Source of the DNA: Zygnema circumcarinatum SAG 698-1b | Lineage: Eukaryota; Plantae; Zygnematophyceae | Length of the DNA: 64,000 nucleotides | Direction: 5' to 3' | Assembly: GCA_037447605.1 (NCBI GenBank) | Contig: CM074812.1 | Span: forward strand, 1,364,001-1,428,000 | In this document: piece by piece, positions 1-13,566 of the stretch | Numbering within the stretch: position 1 is the stretch's first letter | Layout of the letters: every line of letters starts with the position of its first letter | Made by a program: the position numbers and the translations under genes | The notes under the pieces: model-generated | The model's database searches: none | Told to the model about the DNA's origin: nothing | Seen by the model: only the letters and a program-made list of their open reading frames with translations

Positions 1-138
1 TTCTGACTGCTCTCCCTCCCTCTCCCCCAATCCCCCTCTCTCCCTCTCCCCCAATCCCCCTCTCTCCTTCTCTCCCTCTCGCCCTCGCCTCTCTCCCTCT
101 CTCTCTCCCCCTCTCTCCCTCTCGACCTCTTGCCCTCG

Positions 139-169
<31 letters not shown>

Positions 170-228
170 CCTCTCTCTCTCTCCTTCTCCATCTCCCCTA
201 CATTTCTTGGTTACTTCCTCGCGAAGCC

Positions 229-2470
229 ATGGCGAAGGGGCCTGGTCCTTCCCCAGACTACCTCCGTGCCCTCCTCCGCCATGGCTTCCTCGTGATGTCA
301 GTCGCAATGCTGGCGGGGGCGGAGAGTGAAGGGCGGGGCCGCGGAAACCACCGGTGGATCTCCGACATCGACGAGATTCTGCATGGTTCGGCCCCTGCGT
401 GCCCTTCCCCGTTCATCGATATCTTCACATGATTTTTTTTGCCGTGGAAATTTCTAAACTAATAAGTTATTTCTCACATATTCGCAAATGGGTTGTCATT
501 CTTAATGCATAAGTGGGTTTTCTCAGCTAAATATTATAGCAGATGTGAAGGATGCTATGCAACGTCATCATTAGTGTTGGCGTAACAATTCATTTTAAAA
601 AAATTCTTCCCATCATTTAAAGATCAAGCAAAATCAGTTCTGGAATCCATCATTAAGTCCAAAAATAACCAAACCGTTCCGAATGTAGGGCTTCCACAGG
701 CATATCATCTTTTTCTTCTTCTTCCCTTTCCACTTCCCTTCTCCCCAACTCCCTCTTCCCCTCCTCTCTTCCCTCGTTCTTCACCCATCTCGCCTATCCG
801 TCCTCACTCTCATTTTCACTCACTCCCTCCTCCCTCCCCCTCCCNNNNNNNNNNAGCCCAAAACCGCCGTTGACCAGAGAACAAACTTTCGCTCTTCAGT
901 CGCCCTCTCTCCCAGCCACATTTTGCCGCTGTTAGGTTTTGCGGAAACTGAAACTGTGGCATGTGAACAGGCCGTACGAACCATCGCTTCGACGGAGTGG
1001 CCCTGCCGGAGGAGTTCATTTACGTGTACGACATTGGCAGCGAATACAATGTGGACCTCATGGAGAGGGAGAGTGCGTGGTGGAGCTCTCAGTATGAGGG
1101 AGAGCTGCAGGTCTACAAAATGTTGGCGGAGGAAAACATTGGGCGGACATTTGACCCAGAAAAAGCAACCCTCTTCTACATACCATTCTTTAGCACCCGC
1201 TACGCTCACGTGATTTTCAAAGATCACATCAATTATTCGGACAATAGGGAGTGGAACCGCATATCTGTAATGTTCAACTTGACATCGTCCGCTTACGGAG
1301 AAATTCTCAAGAAAATTCGGAGCCAGTCTCCCTATTTTGATCGGAATAGGGGGAGAGATCACTTTTCTGTGCTGACGCATGACCATGGTAGATGCTCCGC
1401 CCTCACATTTATCGATCCGAACTTGTATGAAGAGATGTTTTTCTTGACGGTAAGTCCAAGAAATTTCATGCTGCTCACCTGCTCCCTTTCCTGAAACCCT
1501 ACCCTTCCCTCTCTCTCTCTCTCTCCCTCTCTCCCTTTTGGTTGTTTATGAAGTCCTCCTCCGGTCGAGCTTATTCCTGACGAATGCTCTTTCTGCGGTG
1601 CAGCTAAATGGAGACAAAATGGTTAGAAGCACACATGCAATAACCGCACGAGAAATGCAGGTTTGAAACTTTAACTCCTCCTTTAACTCCAATCTCTCGG
1701 AAAGAATAAGGGAAGAAGATCTAAGATTACAGGAAGAGATGGAGAGAGCATGTTCTTGCAAATTATCCGTCTTTTGTGAAACATTACGAAATGAAACATC
1801 TAACGGAATCGATCACTTTGTTGATGCTGTTAAATGGGCTATTCTTTCATTTCAGGTTCTAACTTATGATTGGAGCAAACAAGGAAATTGCCAAATTCCC
1901 GACATCCCGTGCTACATGGCAGACCGAGACATTGTTGTCCCTCCGGGTCCCATTCATCTCGCGGAGGAAAAATCATCTCCGTGGGAACATGAAAGAAACG
2001 TCACAGCGCTGTTCCGTTTCTCTGCAGTTATGGATCACAATGTACTCATTCCCTTTTGGCATCACTACGTGCGAACAGAGCTGTACAAGGTGAGCGAATG
2101 TGAAAAGTAAAAAATAACCCACAATGGCTTGTGACATGAAAATTTTGAAACTTGGAATAGTCCCTTGAGGAATCGTCCTCAAAGTTCAATCTTCCGTTTG
2201 GGGAAATCGGGGTTATAGATTTGGAAAGAAAAGCATGTGGAGGGATTTGACTTCGGAGTGAAGTCCGAGGCGGAGAGTGAGGGCGACTGGGAGAGGGCCA
2301 AGTTCTGCGTGTGCCCGCCCGGCCACTCGCAGTGGACTTCGCGATTCCCCAAAGCGATATTGGCGGGATGCATCCCCGTCACCTTCTTCCAGGAGCATGA
2401 CAACCCATGGCAGGTAAGCTCTCTTTCTCTCTCCCTCTCTCTCTGTGTCTCTCTGTCTCTCTGTCCTCGG

Positions 2471-2515
<45 letters not shown>

Positions 2516-2538
2516 GTCTCTCTCTCTCTCTGCCTCTC

Positions 2539-2599
<61 letters not shown>

Positions 2600-5500
2600 C
2601 TCTCTCTATCTCTCACTCACACGCACGAGCATGCAGTCCCTTCTTCCCTCTTCATTCAGTGTCAGCCCCAATTTTCCACACATCTCACTTTTGTATCCCT
2701 TTCATCAGCTCCCTCACTCGCTTCGCCATTTTCCTGTCTTCTCTTCTCCTTTCCCTCTCTCCCCAGTGCTGATTACCTTATTCTGCCAATCCCTTTGCTT
2801 CGTGCTTCTCCTTCCTCCCTTTAGCCTCTTCATTCATCCCCGTCCCTTCTCTCCATTTCTCGCTTTCACTTGCTCTGATCCATCGGCCCCCCTTCTCCGT
2901 CCCTCATTCGCCCTTGTGATCAACCTTGCTCCGTCTCCTCCTTTCTCCCTCTTCCTTTCACCCCCATTTTTCTGCATATCGCAACTTTCCCCCATTTTAC
3001 CTGCTCCTGTGCTCCATTTCCTGTCACCTTTTCTTCTCTTCCCTTCTCGTCTCCCTCCCTCCCCACCTCCCTCTCTCCCTCCCTCCCCCCTGCTTCACTC
3101 CCCTCCCTCCCCTCCCTAGTGCGGTCCCACCCCTCCCTCCCTCCCTCCCCCTCTTCCCTCAGTGCGGTTCTTCCCTCCCTCCCTCCCTCAGTGCCCTCCC
3201 NNNNNNNNNNCAGTGCGGTTCTTCCCTCCCTCCCTCCCTCAGTGCCCTCCCTCCCTCCCTCTCTCTCTCCCTCCCTCCCGCGCAGGACGACATCGACTAC
3301 GAGCTGTTCACTGTGAACATCAACGTTGACGATATGCGCTCTCTCAAGCACCGCCTCGACGCCGTACTGAGTGACGTCACGCGTCTGCGGGTCATGCAGC
3401 AGGAGCTCGCCAAAGTGCAGGCGAGGACTCCCTCCCTCCCTCTCTCCCTCCCTCCCTCTCTCCCTGCTTAAAGGCTCAAGCTTAAAGGGGAAAATTTTCC
3501 TTTCTAGGCATTTCAGGAAGTGGGGTTTTGTGGGGTTTTACCGCAAGCGAAGTTGCTGAGAAAGCGTTCGTTTTGGGGCCACTTTGCAGGAGTTTTTTCT
3601 ATGGGGTTCTGGACATGGCGTATGGGCGCTTTCGTTTCGAGCTCTTCGAAATCGAGCAAAGAAAATTCTCCAGAAAACTGAGAGGATTAATGCTATTTTC
3701 GCAGGGAAAGAGTTAAACAGTGGGAATCGGAGGAGGTTGAGGGAGGTAGAGAACATAGGGCCGGGCAGCGGTCCTGAAAAGTATCTCTACTTTCAAAGGG
3801 AAAACGATCAGTATGCGAGTTATGGAGAAATTATGTCATCGTTTCTGTGTTCATTAAAAGAAGCGGAAACTCTCAATCGGACTTTTGTAATGGATACTGA
3901 TTGGTGGGTTTCAACGGAAAACATAAACGGCGGTGAAAAAATCTTCCAGGATGCGCGACTCTACATCGATCTTGAAAAACTCAGCAAGTAAGCACCTCCA
4001 TGTCTTGCTACTAACTTTTTTTTTTGTTTTTAACTTCAATACCTTCACGATTATATAGCTTTCTTTACTCTCTTGTTCCCTTTATAATTTGAACGGATGT
4101 GTATTCTTAAAACGAGAGAAGAGAAACCCCCCCCTAACAGTCTGTTATTTTTTTTTGTTGGCATGCTGTTTCTAGCCGCCAAGGTGTTGCTTCAAAGTCC
4201 CAATTTTTGCAAGATTGGAGAAAATGGGATAAGGAAAATCCCCAAAAAATCCTCTCTCTGCAGGCGCTTGTTCCCCCCCTCCCCTCCATTGACGAACTCA
4301 AAGGATGTCAAGCAGCAATTCTTTCCCACAACTTCATTTTGCCGGACTCCGAAAGGAAATTCTACAAGTTCTGCAAAGATGAGAAGGTAAACTCTAACAA
4401 CTTGCTCCTGCTTCTGTCTACAAACTCAACCCGTACAATGCTTACATTTTACTTTTACTTTTGCAGAAAATTTCAAAGCTTCCGAACGAGCTGCTATCAC
4501 CCCTCCTATTGGAGATAGTTGAGGCCATCTCGCACGCGATTGGTCGGGAATTTGACAGCGTGGAGCTGAGGAGAGGTGTGCTTTCAGCCTCGCCGCAGAA
4601 GTGGCCAAACTTGGGAATAGACACACAGCCTATGAGGTGAGAGTCTGCAGCAGCTGTGGGAGGGGGGGGGCGGGGGGGAAGGGAGGGGGGGAGGGAGTGG
4701 GGAGGGAGGGAGGGACCCGCTACAGCTATCCCTCTTCCTCTCCATCTCCTCTCTCCTGCTCCCTCTCCCTCTTCCTCTCCCTCTCTCTCCCCATCCCCTT
4801 CCCCTCCCCCTCCCGTCACTTGTCCTCCCACTATTTTCCTCTCACTGTCGCCCCATCCCCATCTCCCTGTCCCTCTCCCATCGTACTGTCTCCCTCTTCT
4901 CTTCGTCTCCCTCCCTCAACCCCTTCCTCCTCTCTCTCCTCCCCTTCCTCTACCTAAACTCGGCCTCTCCCACTCCACACTCCTTTTCCCTAAGTGAGTG
5001 AGAGGAAGCGGGCGTAGGAAAATTTCTTGTGCACGTCGGTATTCACTTTATCCGGCTGAGGGGGCGAGAGCGGGTGATGGGAGACGGAGGGGGAGAGGGA
5101 GTATGTGGGAGAGGAAGAGAGAGATGGGGTGAGGGAGAGGGGGCGAAGGAGAGCGGTAGAGAGAGGGCGAAGGAGAGCGGTAGAGAGAGGGAGTGAATTG
5201 GTGAGGGATAGCGGTAGGGAGAGGAGCAGAGTTTTCGGAGACGGAGAGCGGTAGGGAGTGAGGGAGTGTAAAAAGAGGAAGAGGGAGAGAATGGAGGGGG
5301 GGAGGGAGACGACGAAGAGAGGGAGAGAGTACTCTGCGATAAGAGCAGGGAGGTGGGATGGAGACGGACTTGGAGAGGAAGAGAATGGAAGGAAGAGGAC
5401 GAGGGGCAAAGAGAGGATGAGGGAGAGGGAGATAAGAGGAGGAGAGAGATGAGAGGGAGAGGGAGAGAAGGGGGGCAGAGTGAGAGCAAGTGCGAGAGGC

Positions 5501-6374
5501 AGAGGTTGAGGAAAAGAACTACTCAAACCTCCTCTCATGTTCGCTCCCTACTGCCTTGCTTGTATGGGTCTTTCTCTATGCAGACTGCATCAGAGCATAG
5601 AAAAGAGAATTAGCGCTGGGCGCACACTGTACATTGCCACGGATGAGCGGAGGGCGGGATACTTCAAGAACTTGCGCGAAAAGTATGTTGTGAAGACGCT
5701 GGGAGACTTCAAACATTTGTGGCAGAAGGGCAGCAAGTGGTGGATTGCTGCGCAGAATATTTTGGGAAGTGGGGTGGACCCGATTTTCGATGCACATATG
5801 CAGGTACTTTGTTCTTCTCCGTTTACTTTATGGGGACGAAGTAGAGGTAGGATTGTGCAAACGGTGAATAATTCATATGCATCCCAATAGATATTTCAGA
5901 GCCAACCCTAACTTCTGCAACCTCAATCTTTGCATTATTTCGTTCTCGTTGATAGTTGAAGTCAATTGAAGAAATGAAAGCAAACGACAGAATTACATAT
6001 ATCTACAGTACTCTTATATTTTGTATCGAAATGAAAGGAATCTCACTGATTCGGGCTGTTCAGCACCTTCAAAACAGTGTGGGCCGCACTGCTTAGTCAT
6101 TTAACGGTTTCACCCATTGAGGGGCTAAAAATAAGTGTGGCCGGCACTGATATACGTGGCCCTAACAATACTGAAATGTCCACAAATGGTGGGAATTATA
6201 GCTCACTTGGAGCCTGAAAATTTGAAGGAAAAACTGATTTCTTTGTGGGTTTGGTGCCGGTTTTCGACGCAGATGATGGTCGATTACGCTGTTTGGGAAC
6301 AGGGAACTACGAGGCTTCGGACATTCAACGATTTGACTTCAGACTCAGAAGAAGGGGTGGAAGCAGGGAGGTAG
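229..6374 (+). CDS. Exostosin/GT47 glycosyltransferase fused to a C-terminal SUB1-like (O-fucosyltransferase-like) domain; 11 exons
   Basis: Exons 229-385, 971-1449, 1604-1660, 1856-2089, 2219-2413, 3286-3420 (GC donor), 3590-3987, 4176-4386, 4467-4636, 5584-5803, 6273-6374 splice in frame. N-terminal hydrophobic segment. GT47 motifs FIYVYD, DPEKATLFYIPFF, GRDHF, AKFCVCPPG...ILAGCIPV. Second half (KYLYF, SFLCSLKEAETLNRTFVMD, FLQDWRKW, RTLYIATDE, TFNDLTSD) matches my recollection of the Arabidopsis SUB1 family. Confidence 0.85.
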
Positions 6375-7784
6375 CCGGAGGGAGCTCAGGCAGATGCAGG
6401 TTCTGATTATTGATTGAATTATTTCACAGCATACATAGGGTGCTTTGTCTTTCTATCAGCAAAGCAAAAGCAAATGAACGGGTTTTCAACGAGAAACCCA
6501 TGACGATTTTTCCATAAGACAAGGGACAGAGGGAATGTTCGGCGGTGAGCAGGCGAATTAGATGAAAGGGTGGTGGTGGGTTCGAGGTCGATGGGGTGTG
6601 CCAATTCGTATGGAGGGAGGGAGGAGGCCATGGACGCCATGGGCCCCAAAAGGTGTCCCATGTCCATGGGGGTCAATGGCATGCATGGAAGTAGGCTCAC
6701 ACGAAATAGGAGTCAGGGAGGACCTTTCTGCTTTAATCTTTCAACTCTGCTATTTGTTTAGAATTCGTTTTTCATTAATTCCATTGTGCATATGCGTGTG
6801 TTATAGTTACACATGGTGCATGGAACATACTTGGCGTAGCTCGAATACATACATGAACGCGCCATGTGACCCATGTAGCCATGCAACAAGGAACATTGTA
6901 TGGAGAAGGATGCGAGTTCTTTCTCCATCCTCCACTTCGTAATGTCACTTTCCATTGTTAAACAACAAGACTGGAAATGGATATGGGTCTCGCGCAGGGC
7001 GATGATGCCATGAAATGTGCCTGCATGCGCAACAACAACATGGGGAACCACGAGGTACCAGACGGTCACAATGGACGTAAGGATGAAAGAAACAAAGTCA
7101 TGAGCACAACTTGGCTTCCAGGCCCGACAACAACAACAAGGCTCTAGAGACGTTACGATGGATGACGCGCCAGCTGCAAACTATTTGACGTAATATTGGC
7201 AATGCTGGCGTCACGTAAAAAACCTGACCCCCTAAAAACCTGCCGCGTGAAAATCCCGTCCGAACAAAACTTTCATTTTTCTCAAAAAAGAATAAAACTT
7301 GGAAAATTTCGTGCATCGCTTTTAGCGAGCGCTCTCACAGGCAGACTGAAAGTTTTCATTCCTCTGCCCGTCGGTCGCATGCTCGGGATCGGACGGTCGC
7401 ATGTGTCGGGGTCGGCCCTTTGCACGTGTCACGGACGGTAGATATTTATCGCACGTGTAGGGTCGACGCGCGGGAGAGTGTCGAGGAGGGCCTTTGAACA
7501 TTTTGTGACCGGCCGCTTCGCTGCCGGGAGGAGGGCCTTCACCGAGGGGGGAGGGGGAGGGGGGGAGCGAGAAATGGGGAGAGAGTGAGAGAGAGAAAGA
7601 GAGAGGGAGAGAGGGAGAGAGGGAGAGAGGGAGAGAGGGAGAGAGGGAGAGAGGGAGAGAGGGAGAGAGAGAGAGCCAGTGGAGAGAGGGAGGAAGGATG
7701 GAGGGAAGATTTTAATAGGAGGGAGAGGTTGGAAAGGACGGGGAGAGCAGGAGAGGGACAGTTGCAGAGTTAGAGCTGATAAAT

Positions 7785-10191
7785 ATGGATAGCAAGGCCC
7801 TACTTTTGACACTTACTTTTCTGGTTTATTTTCTTAGCGAGGGTGTCAGTGCTTTCGGGGTGGAAGCGGGAGCTTTGAGGAGGAAGGAGAATGACAGGCA
7901 GGGCGGGCGGAGGCTGCAGGACCAAGTCATCCAGAAGTCGCACCGATGGGTCTCCGACCTCAAGGAGATTCTGAGGGATGGCGACTCAGTCATCATCAAA
8001 GACAGGCACCAAGAGGTAATATTTCTGCCTTTTATAAGCTTCCATTTTGCTCTCACATTCTCACCTTGTGTCCTCTCTATCCCATTACCTCTGCGATCTG
8101 AGTAATCAACGGTTGATCTCGCTTTAATGCCATTCTATGAAGATTTTTTTCAGGAGATGCTGAGCCAGATAATTCGAACGCATACAACATGGCAGTCGTT
8201 GAAGACTCATAAAGCAAACGTGAGGTTGTGCACTGGCGCACCATCTCATGCTCCATTCGTGCAGGGCACCTGGATCTTCGGAGAGGCCCAAACTCGCCTT
8301 ACAGGTATGTTGCCACATGGCGCCATCGCCAGCACATGTTCAAGTTGAACATGTCATGGCAATCAGGATAGCGCACTAACAATGCTCATGCTTGATTCCG
8401 CCTTGATTCCACTCTTTGAACTGTTATGTGGACTCGATATCAACAACCGTTTCTGTGTTGGTTCGTGGCTGGCATTCTTGTATGGAACAGTGTTTGATGT
8501 CGAGCTTTTGCAAGAAGTGCAGCCTGAAGCTTATGCGCGGCAAACATCCGCTCCTCCGACTCTAAGTGCTTTGGCCTTCCTAGAGTCTGCAACGAGCATA
8601 GAGAATGTACAATGGAAGGTACAATGCACGGCTCACAGAAGCACCATGGTTCATGAAACCCACCAATGGAATGCTGCGCATAATATAACATAGTTTTGCG
8701 TTGACAATGTGTTGACCCGTTGACCATCTCAGGGACACATCACAGTATGGCATGCACATAGAAAAAACTTGCGGAAAAAAAGTTAAAGTATCGTCCTCTA
8801 CAAACTATGCATGTGTTCAAAGAGTAATTTTTGGCCTTCTATTTGTCACCGACAGGGATGGGGTGCGGGCATCATGGACCCTATTGCACAATCCTTATCG
8901 CTCAAATGCCGCATATATCCAGGTGGGTGACATTAGAAACTCTTTGTGGGATCTTTGTCCAATATAAGGTGCTAGCAACATTTCAAGTTTGCTCAAAGAT
9001 TATGGTACCAGAATGTAGCACTATGCCTGGTTCCTCCACAATTCCGCATCGACAATGATCTTCTTCTTCTTCTTTACGACCTTGTGCATTCTGAGAGCAG
9101 GGCATCGTGCAAGTGCCCTTTTGGGAGCCCCTCTATTCGAGGCCGAAGCGTACGTCATCTCGCCCGCGAACATGTCGAGCACGTGCTTCTTCAACCTCAG
9201 ATGCCCCTTGAGAAAAGACCTTTCGTTCTTCAACTCGGCTGAGTTCCAAGTAAGTCCTCCTCTCATCCTGCGTAGAGCACGCCTTAAGAACAACATAAAC
9301 ACATTTGTTGGCGAGCTCGACAGCGAATAGTGGGCGCCACCTTCACGTTCATTTCGGCAAGTGGCTAGTCCATGACCGTTCGATCAGACCTCTGATTTGT
9401 GCGACGTGGCATGCATGCATGCATAGGCTCGAAAACATGAAAGAAGCAGCAGCAACGACGTTATGAATTTAACTTTCCCACTGAGGGGAACGACTTTTTA
9501 AAAGCCGCACATTTTGAAGGGCTGTTATGAAAATTCTCTCTCTCTCTCTCTCTCTCCTCTCTCTCACTCTCTCGCTCGCTCTTTATCTCGCTCTCTATCT
9601 CACACGCTTGCGCTCTCTCCCCTCTCCCTCTCTCGCTGTCTCTCTGCCCCCCCCCCCCTCCCCTCTCTCTCTCTGTCTCCTCTAATGCTGCAGGTAGAAT
9701 TTGCATTTTCCGGCAGAGACGAGGGGAATCCGGAGGAAGACAAGGGAATCCTGCACTTGAGCGCTCTCCCCCTCTGCCGCACTCTCCAGGCGCCGCTCTT
9801 CGCTCCTCCTCCGGAAGAGAAACTCTCTCTCTCCGCCTCTCTTTCCATGCAGGAAATGCCGCGCATCACCTATGGAAGTCTTCCTCAAAACAAGCTTGAC
9901 AAGTCTGCTGACAGCATTGCGGCGACGACGAAAAGCACTGCAACTGTTGCCATGTGCATCCGTGCTTATCACGAGCATGGATTGTCGTCCAGCAAGTAAG
10001 CAACTGGTCCTTCCAGCCGTTCTGGTTAAGAAATTAAACTATTGGAATTTTTACTTGCATGTTTTCTGATGCATTGCTCCATTTGAAGCTGCAAGGAGGA
10101 TAATCGAAATCTGCAAGACAGTGTTATGCTGCGCTTTCTGCTTCGTTTGCTGTTTTTTTCCAACTGTAGCTAGAAAGTTTCCATCGTTCTT

Positions 10192-10239
<48 letters not shown>

Positions 10240-12350
10240 AAACATTGACAGTATAGCGGCGCGTGCACCTGTTGCTGTTTTTTTATCGCAGAAAAGCTAC
10301 ACACAGTACCGAGCGTCTAATCGAATTTCTCGACTACCATCTCCTCATTGGCGTCAGCCGGTTCTACTTTTATGACCGGTATGGAATCTTCATGCAAAGA
10401 ACGTTGCAGGTAATAATCATTGCCTGCTTTCTTTATCATTAAAAAATTTAAATCTCTTGGGTCATTGTTTTTCAAGCTTCAATGTCTGTGGTTTCGTTCT
10501 TTCCTTCATGCTGAGCCGGTGAATTTTAACATGGAATATAGATAGGAGGAGGTAAGAATCTTAAAGATTCGCCATGTCGTGACAATTAATTAATTTTTTG
10601 ATTATCAATTTTTTCTTTTTTTTTATCTGCTGCTCTGCAGCCCTACATTGAACGAGGACTTGTCATTCTCCTTCCGTTCCCGCTTTGGTCGGAAGTTTTT
10701 TATCGAAAGGAGTGGTTTTTCAATAAGTCGATCACTCCGTACGAGTATGTTCCTCAACAAATTGCAATACTGCGGCAACGCTTTATGTTTTTCGCTCGAG
10801 GGCTAGCAATGTAAATTTTCCATTTTGAGTTCACCCCATATCCTCTTTCCTTATTGCCATTTTGCAGCTTTCCAGCAGCCTACGATCAAGTCATAAACTA
10901 TGAACACTGCCTTATGCAGGCATGTTCGGATCACCCCCTTCTTCTTTTTGCAGCCTGTTCTTTAGTTCTGTGTGGAGGTTGACCAACTTGTGATTTTACA
11001 AGACTCTGTACATGCATGCTATAATTTTTTAGGACATTTTCTGAAAGGTGGTTTAATGGTTTGGCAGGGTCGCCGAAATGGTGACACGTGGATGGTTTTT
11101 ACTGACACCGACGAGTTCATGCGGGTAAGTTGACTCTATATTGCACTTTTGCGCTTGAAGGAGGCTGGGGAAATCTCTAAGGATGTCATTTTCTTCACCA
11201 GAAATGGTAATATTATAAGAAATGACAAAAGAAATTGCCAAGCTGCTTGTAGGTGATGAGAATATGACTACATTTTTGGAAAATTCTGTGATCACGTTGC
11301 CTTTTGCAGCTTCCAAAACCAACCATAGGCGGCCTCCCCTCCCTGCTTGAGGAAATATCAGAAGCTCATGCAAGAAATCATGACAAAAGAAAACCAGCTG
11401 AAATATCTGTCCAGCGTTTCAATTTCCACGGCGCAAACGAGACCGGAGAGTTAGTACTTGGCAAATGTACATCGCGCTGCAGCGGGCCTATACCGGTAGG
11501 CTGGCTGATACTGGTTCTTAATAAAATCCTGGATGCTTGCATGCTGAAATCTGAGAAATATGCATGAGCCTGTGAAGTTTTTTGATGGGTTTCCATCGTT
11601 TAACCTTTAGAGGCTCCCTCATGTTGTGCAGCAATTGTGGTATAGGAGTGATGGGTCGATAGATACATCTCGAGTTGTTGACTTCAAGAACAAGGTCATC
11701 CTTCGGCCGGAAGCCATGTTGGGGAGCCAACTCCATATTCATCGAGTATCGTAAGTCTTTCATTCATCAGGAATCTCTTCTCTCACTTTCTCTGGAAGTG
11801 CATATACGGTTGAACTTGGTTTCTCTTTTACTGATTCAAATAATCAGATTCAGATTCAGTCCTTTCCAGTCAGTATCTTCGTGTGTTGAGGTCCTTCTGG
11901 CTGCTTTCCTATCGCAGTGGAAGTTTGCCCGAAGAAATGAAGACTTTTCCCGATCCTGATGTGCTCCGAATCAACCATTATCGGTCAACCCCCCATCACT
12001 TGTACATGGCCGATAGGACAATACAATTGTGCAGCTCCTGCTCTAAGGTTCGCGCACTTACTTCACTCTCAATGGTGTAGATTTCGAGTTTTTTGGTTGT
12101 AATCATGCTGCTCTCCTTGTATGTACCACCTATCTATATATGGCTGATCGATTTAGTGATCCGTAATTGACTGTGTTTGCAGGTGGGTAATCCCTACAAG
12201 CCGGATGACCTCTCTGTGGAGGACTTTTCATTGGTATGGGCGGCAAAGGTCCTCGAGCAGTGCACCAAACCCAAGGCGTGTGAAGTTCTTGGAGAGGCCA
12301 AATGTGGGAGCTTGTGCAAAGAGAACATGGAGGAAGGCAAGGACAGATAG
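7785..12350 (+). CDS. Glycosyltransferase family 92 (DUF23)-like protein; about 14 exons
   Basis: Exons 7785-8015, 8154-8304, 8491-8618, 8856-8922, 9101-9249, 9694-9995, 10292-10409, 10641-10744, 10868-10919 (GC donor), 11068-11124, 11310-11495, 11632-11750, 11918-12047, 12183-12350. Signal peptide MDSKALLLTLTFLVYFLSEGVSA. GT92-type motifs VAMCIR, LIEFLDYHLLIGVSRFYFYD, DQVINYEHCL, WMVFTDTDEF (DxD), LRINHY. Confidence 0.8.
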
Positions 12351-13566
12351 TCCTTAGCAGGGCCGCGTGGTTTCAGCTCCCAGATGCAAACATTTGCATG
12401 TTTTTGGGCCTTGTTGGGGAGGACGAGCCAAGAGCGAGGAGGTCTAAATTTCCAAATTTGGCAACTTGGGGCCGTTTGGAAAACAGGAGTTTCCGTTAAG
12501 GAGGGGTTTATGGGGTTTAGAATGTGGGGTTTTAGGAAGTCATCCCCACTGGGGATTACTTAGTGAACGAAGAACTCAGCAAATAAGTAGAGTATCTACG
12601 TCCACAAGCGAATGTCTTATGTTTTATGTTTTTTCTCCGTTTTTTTACTTTTATTGTAAGTTTAATAGGATAGCAAGCAAGAGGGCGAGTACTGCGCTCG
12701 CCATTTGGAGGGAGCGTGCGGCGAGTGATTGGCCTCGATCACTGGCCGCACACTCCTTTGCTTCTGTAATTTTTTGTTGGGGCGAACCTATGTAGCCAAT
12801 TAGAAGTGGGGCCATAGAGCAGGTGGCGGTGCCGTGCGTGGGTCGGCTTGTAAAGGTACACGAATGATGGAGAGAAAATTGCATTGGTCTCACGCATGGC
12901 GATAGCATGAAGGTGCATGCACAACAACGACATGGGGAACCACGAGAAGCTGCTCATACAAGACCTAGGGATAAAAGAGAGGAAAGCAGGGAGGTAGGTA
13001 TTTGGGGTGTGTGGAAACGAGGATTGCTTGGAAAGGATGGGATTCACACATTGCAAGATTGAAATTCCAAACTTAGTTTGCAATCATTTGCTTTCTTGCC
13101 AGTCAATGATTGGTAATTGGCATGGTGTCCTATTGCATGCGTGCTTTGCCTATCTCCCCAACACGTCCCATGGCTCCCTAGCATGCGCCCTCAAAAATGG
13201 GAACATAGGCAACTTGGTGCGTGTTAAACAACAAATTGTCGTTGTCAATCCCATTTCCACATGGAGCCGTACTGTGCCGTACTGTACTTTGTCGCTACCT
13301 GTACCCAAACCGCGAATCATGCCGTGCCACGTCTCCGCGCGTGTGGGATTACAGGAGTGCGCGAACCGCTTTGTCCTAAAGTGCGAGCGCGGAAACGACA
13401 AAAAACCATGCTAGTGTCACAGCTTTTCGATACGACGAGCGCAAGCGCACGACACGTGACGAAACGAAGCCTTTGTCTTCAAAACCCATTTTTTGATTTT
13501 TTACAAGCAAGGAAGCAGCTGAACCCTAACCCTAATCCTAATCCTAACCTTAACCCTAAACCGAAG

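Noticed and set aside
527-590. Possible extra exon in intron 1 of the GT47 gene
   Set aside because: Contains stops or a phase mismatch; exon 1 (phase 1) joins 971 directly in frame.
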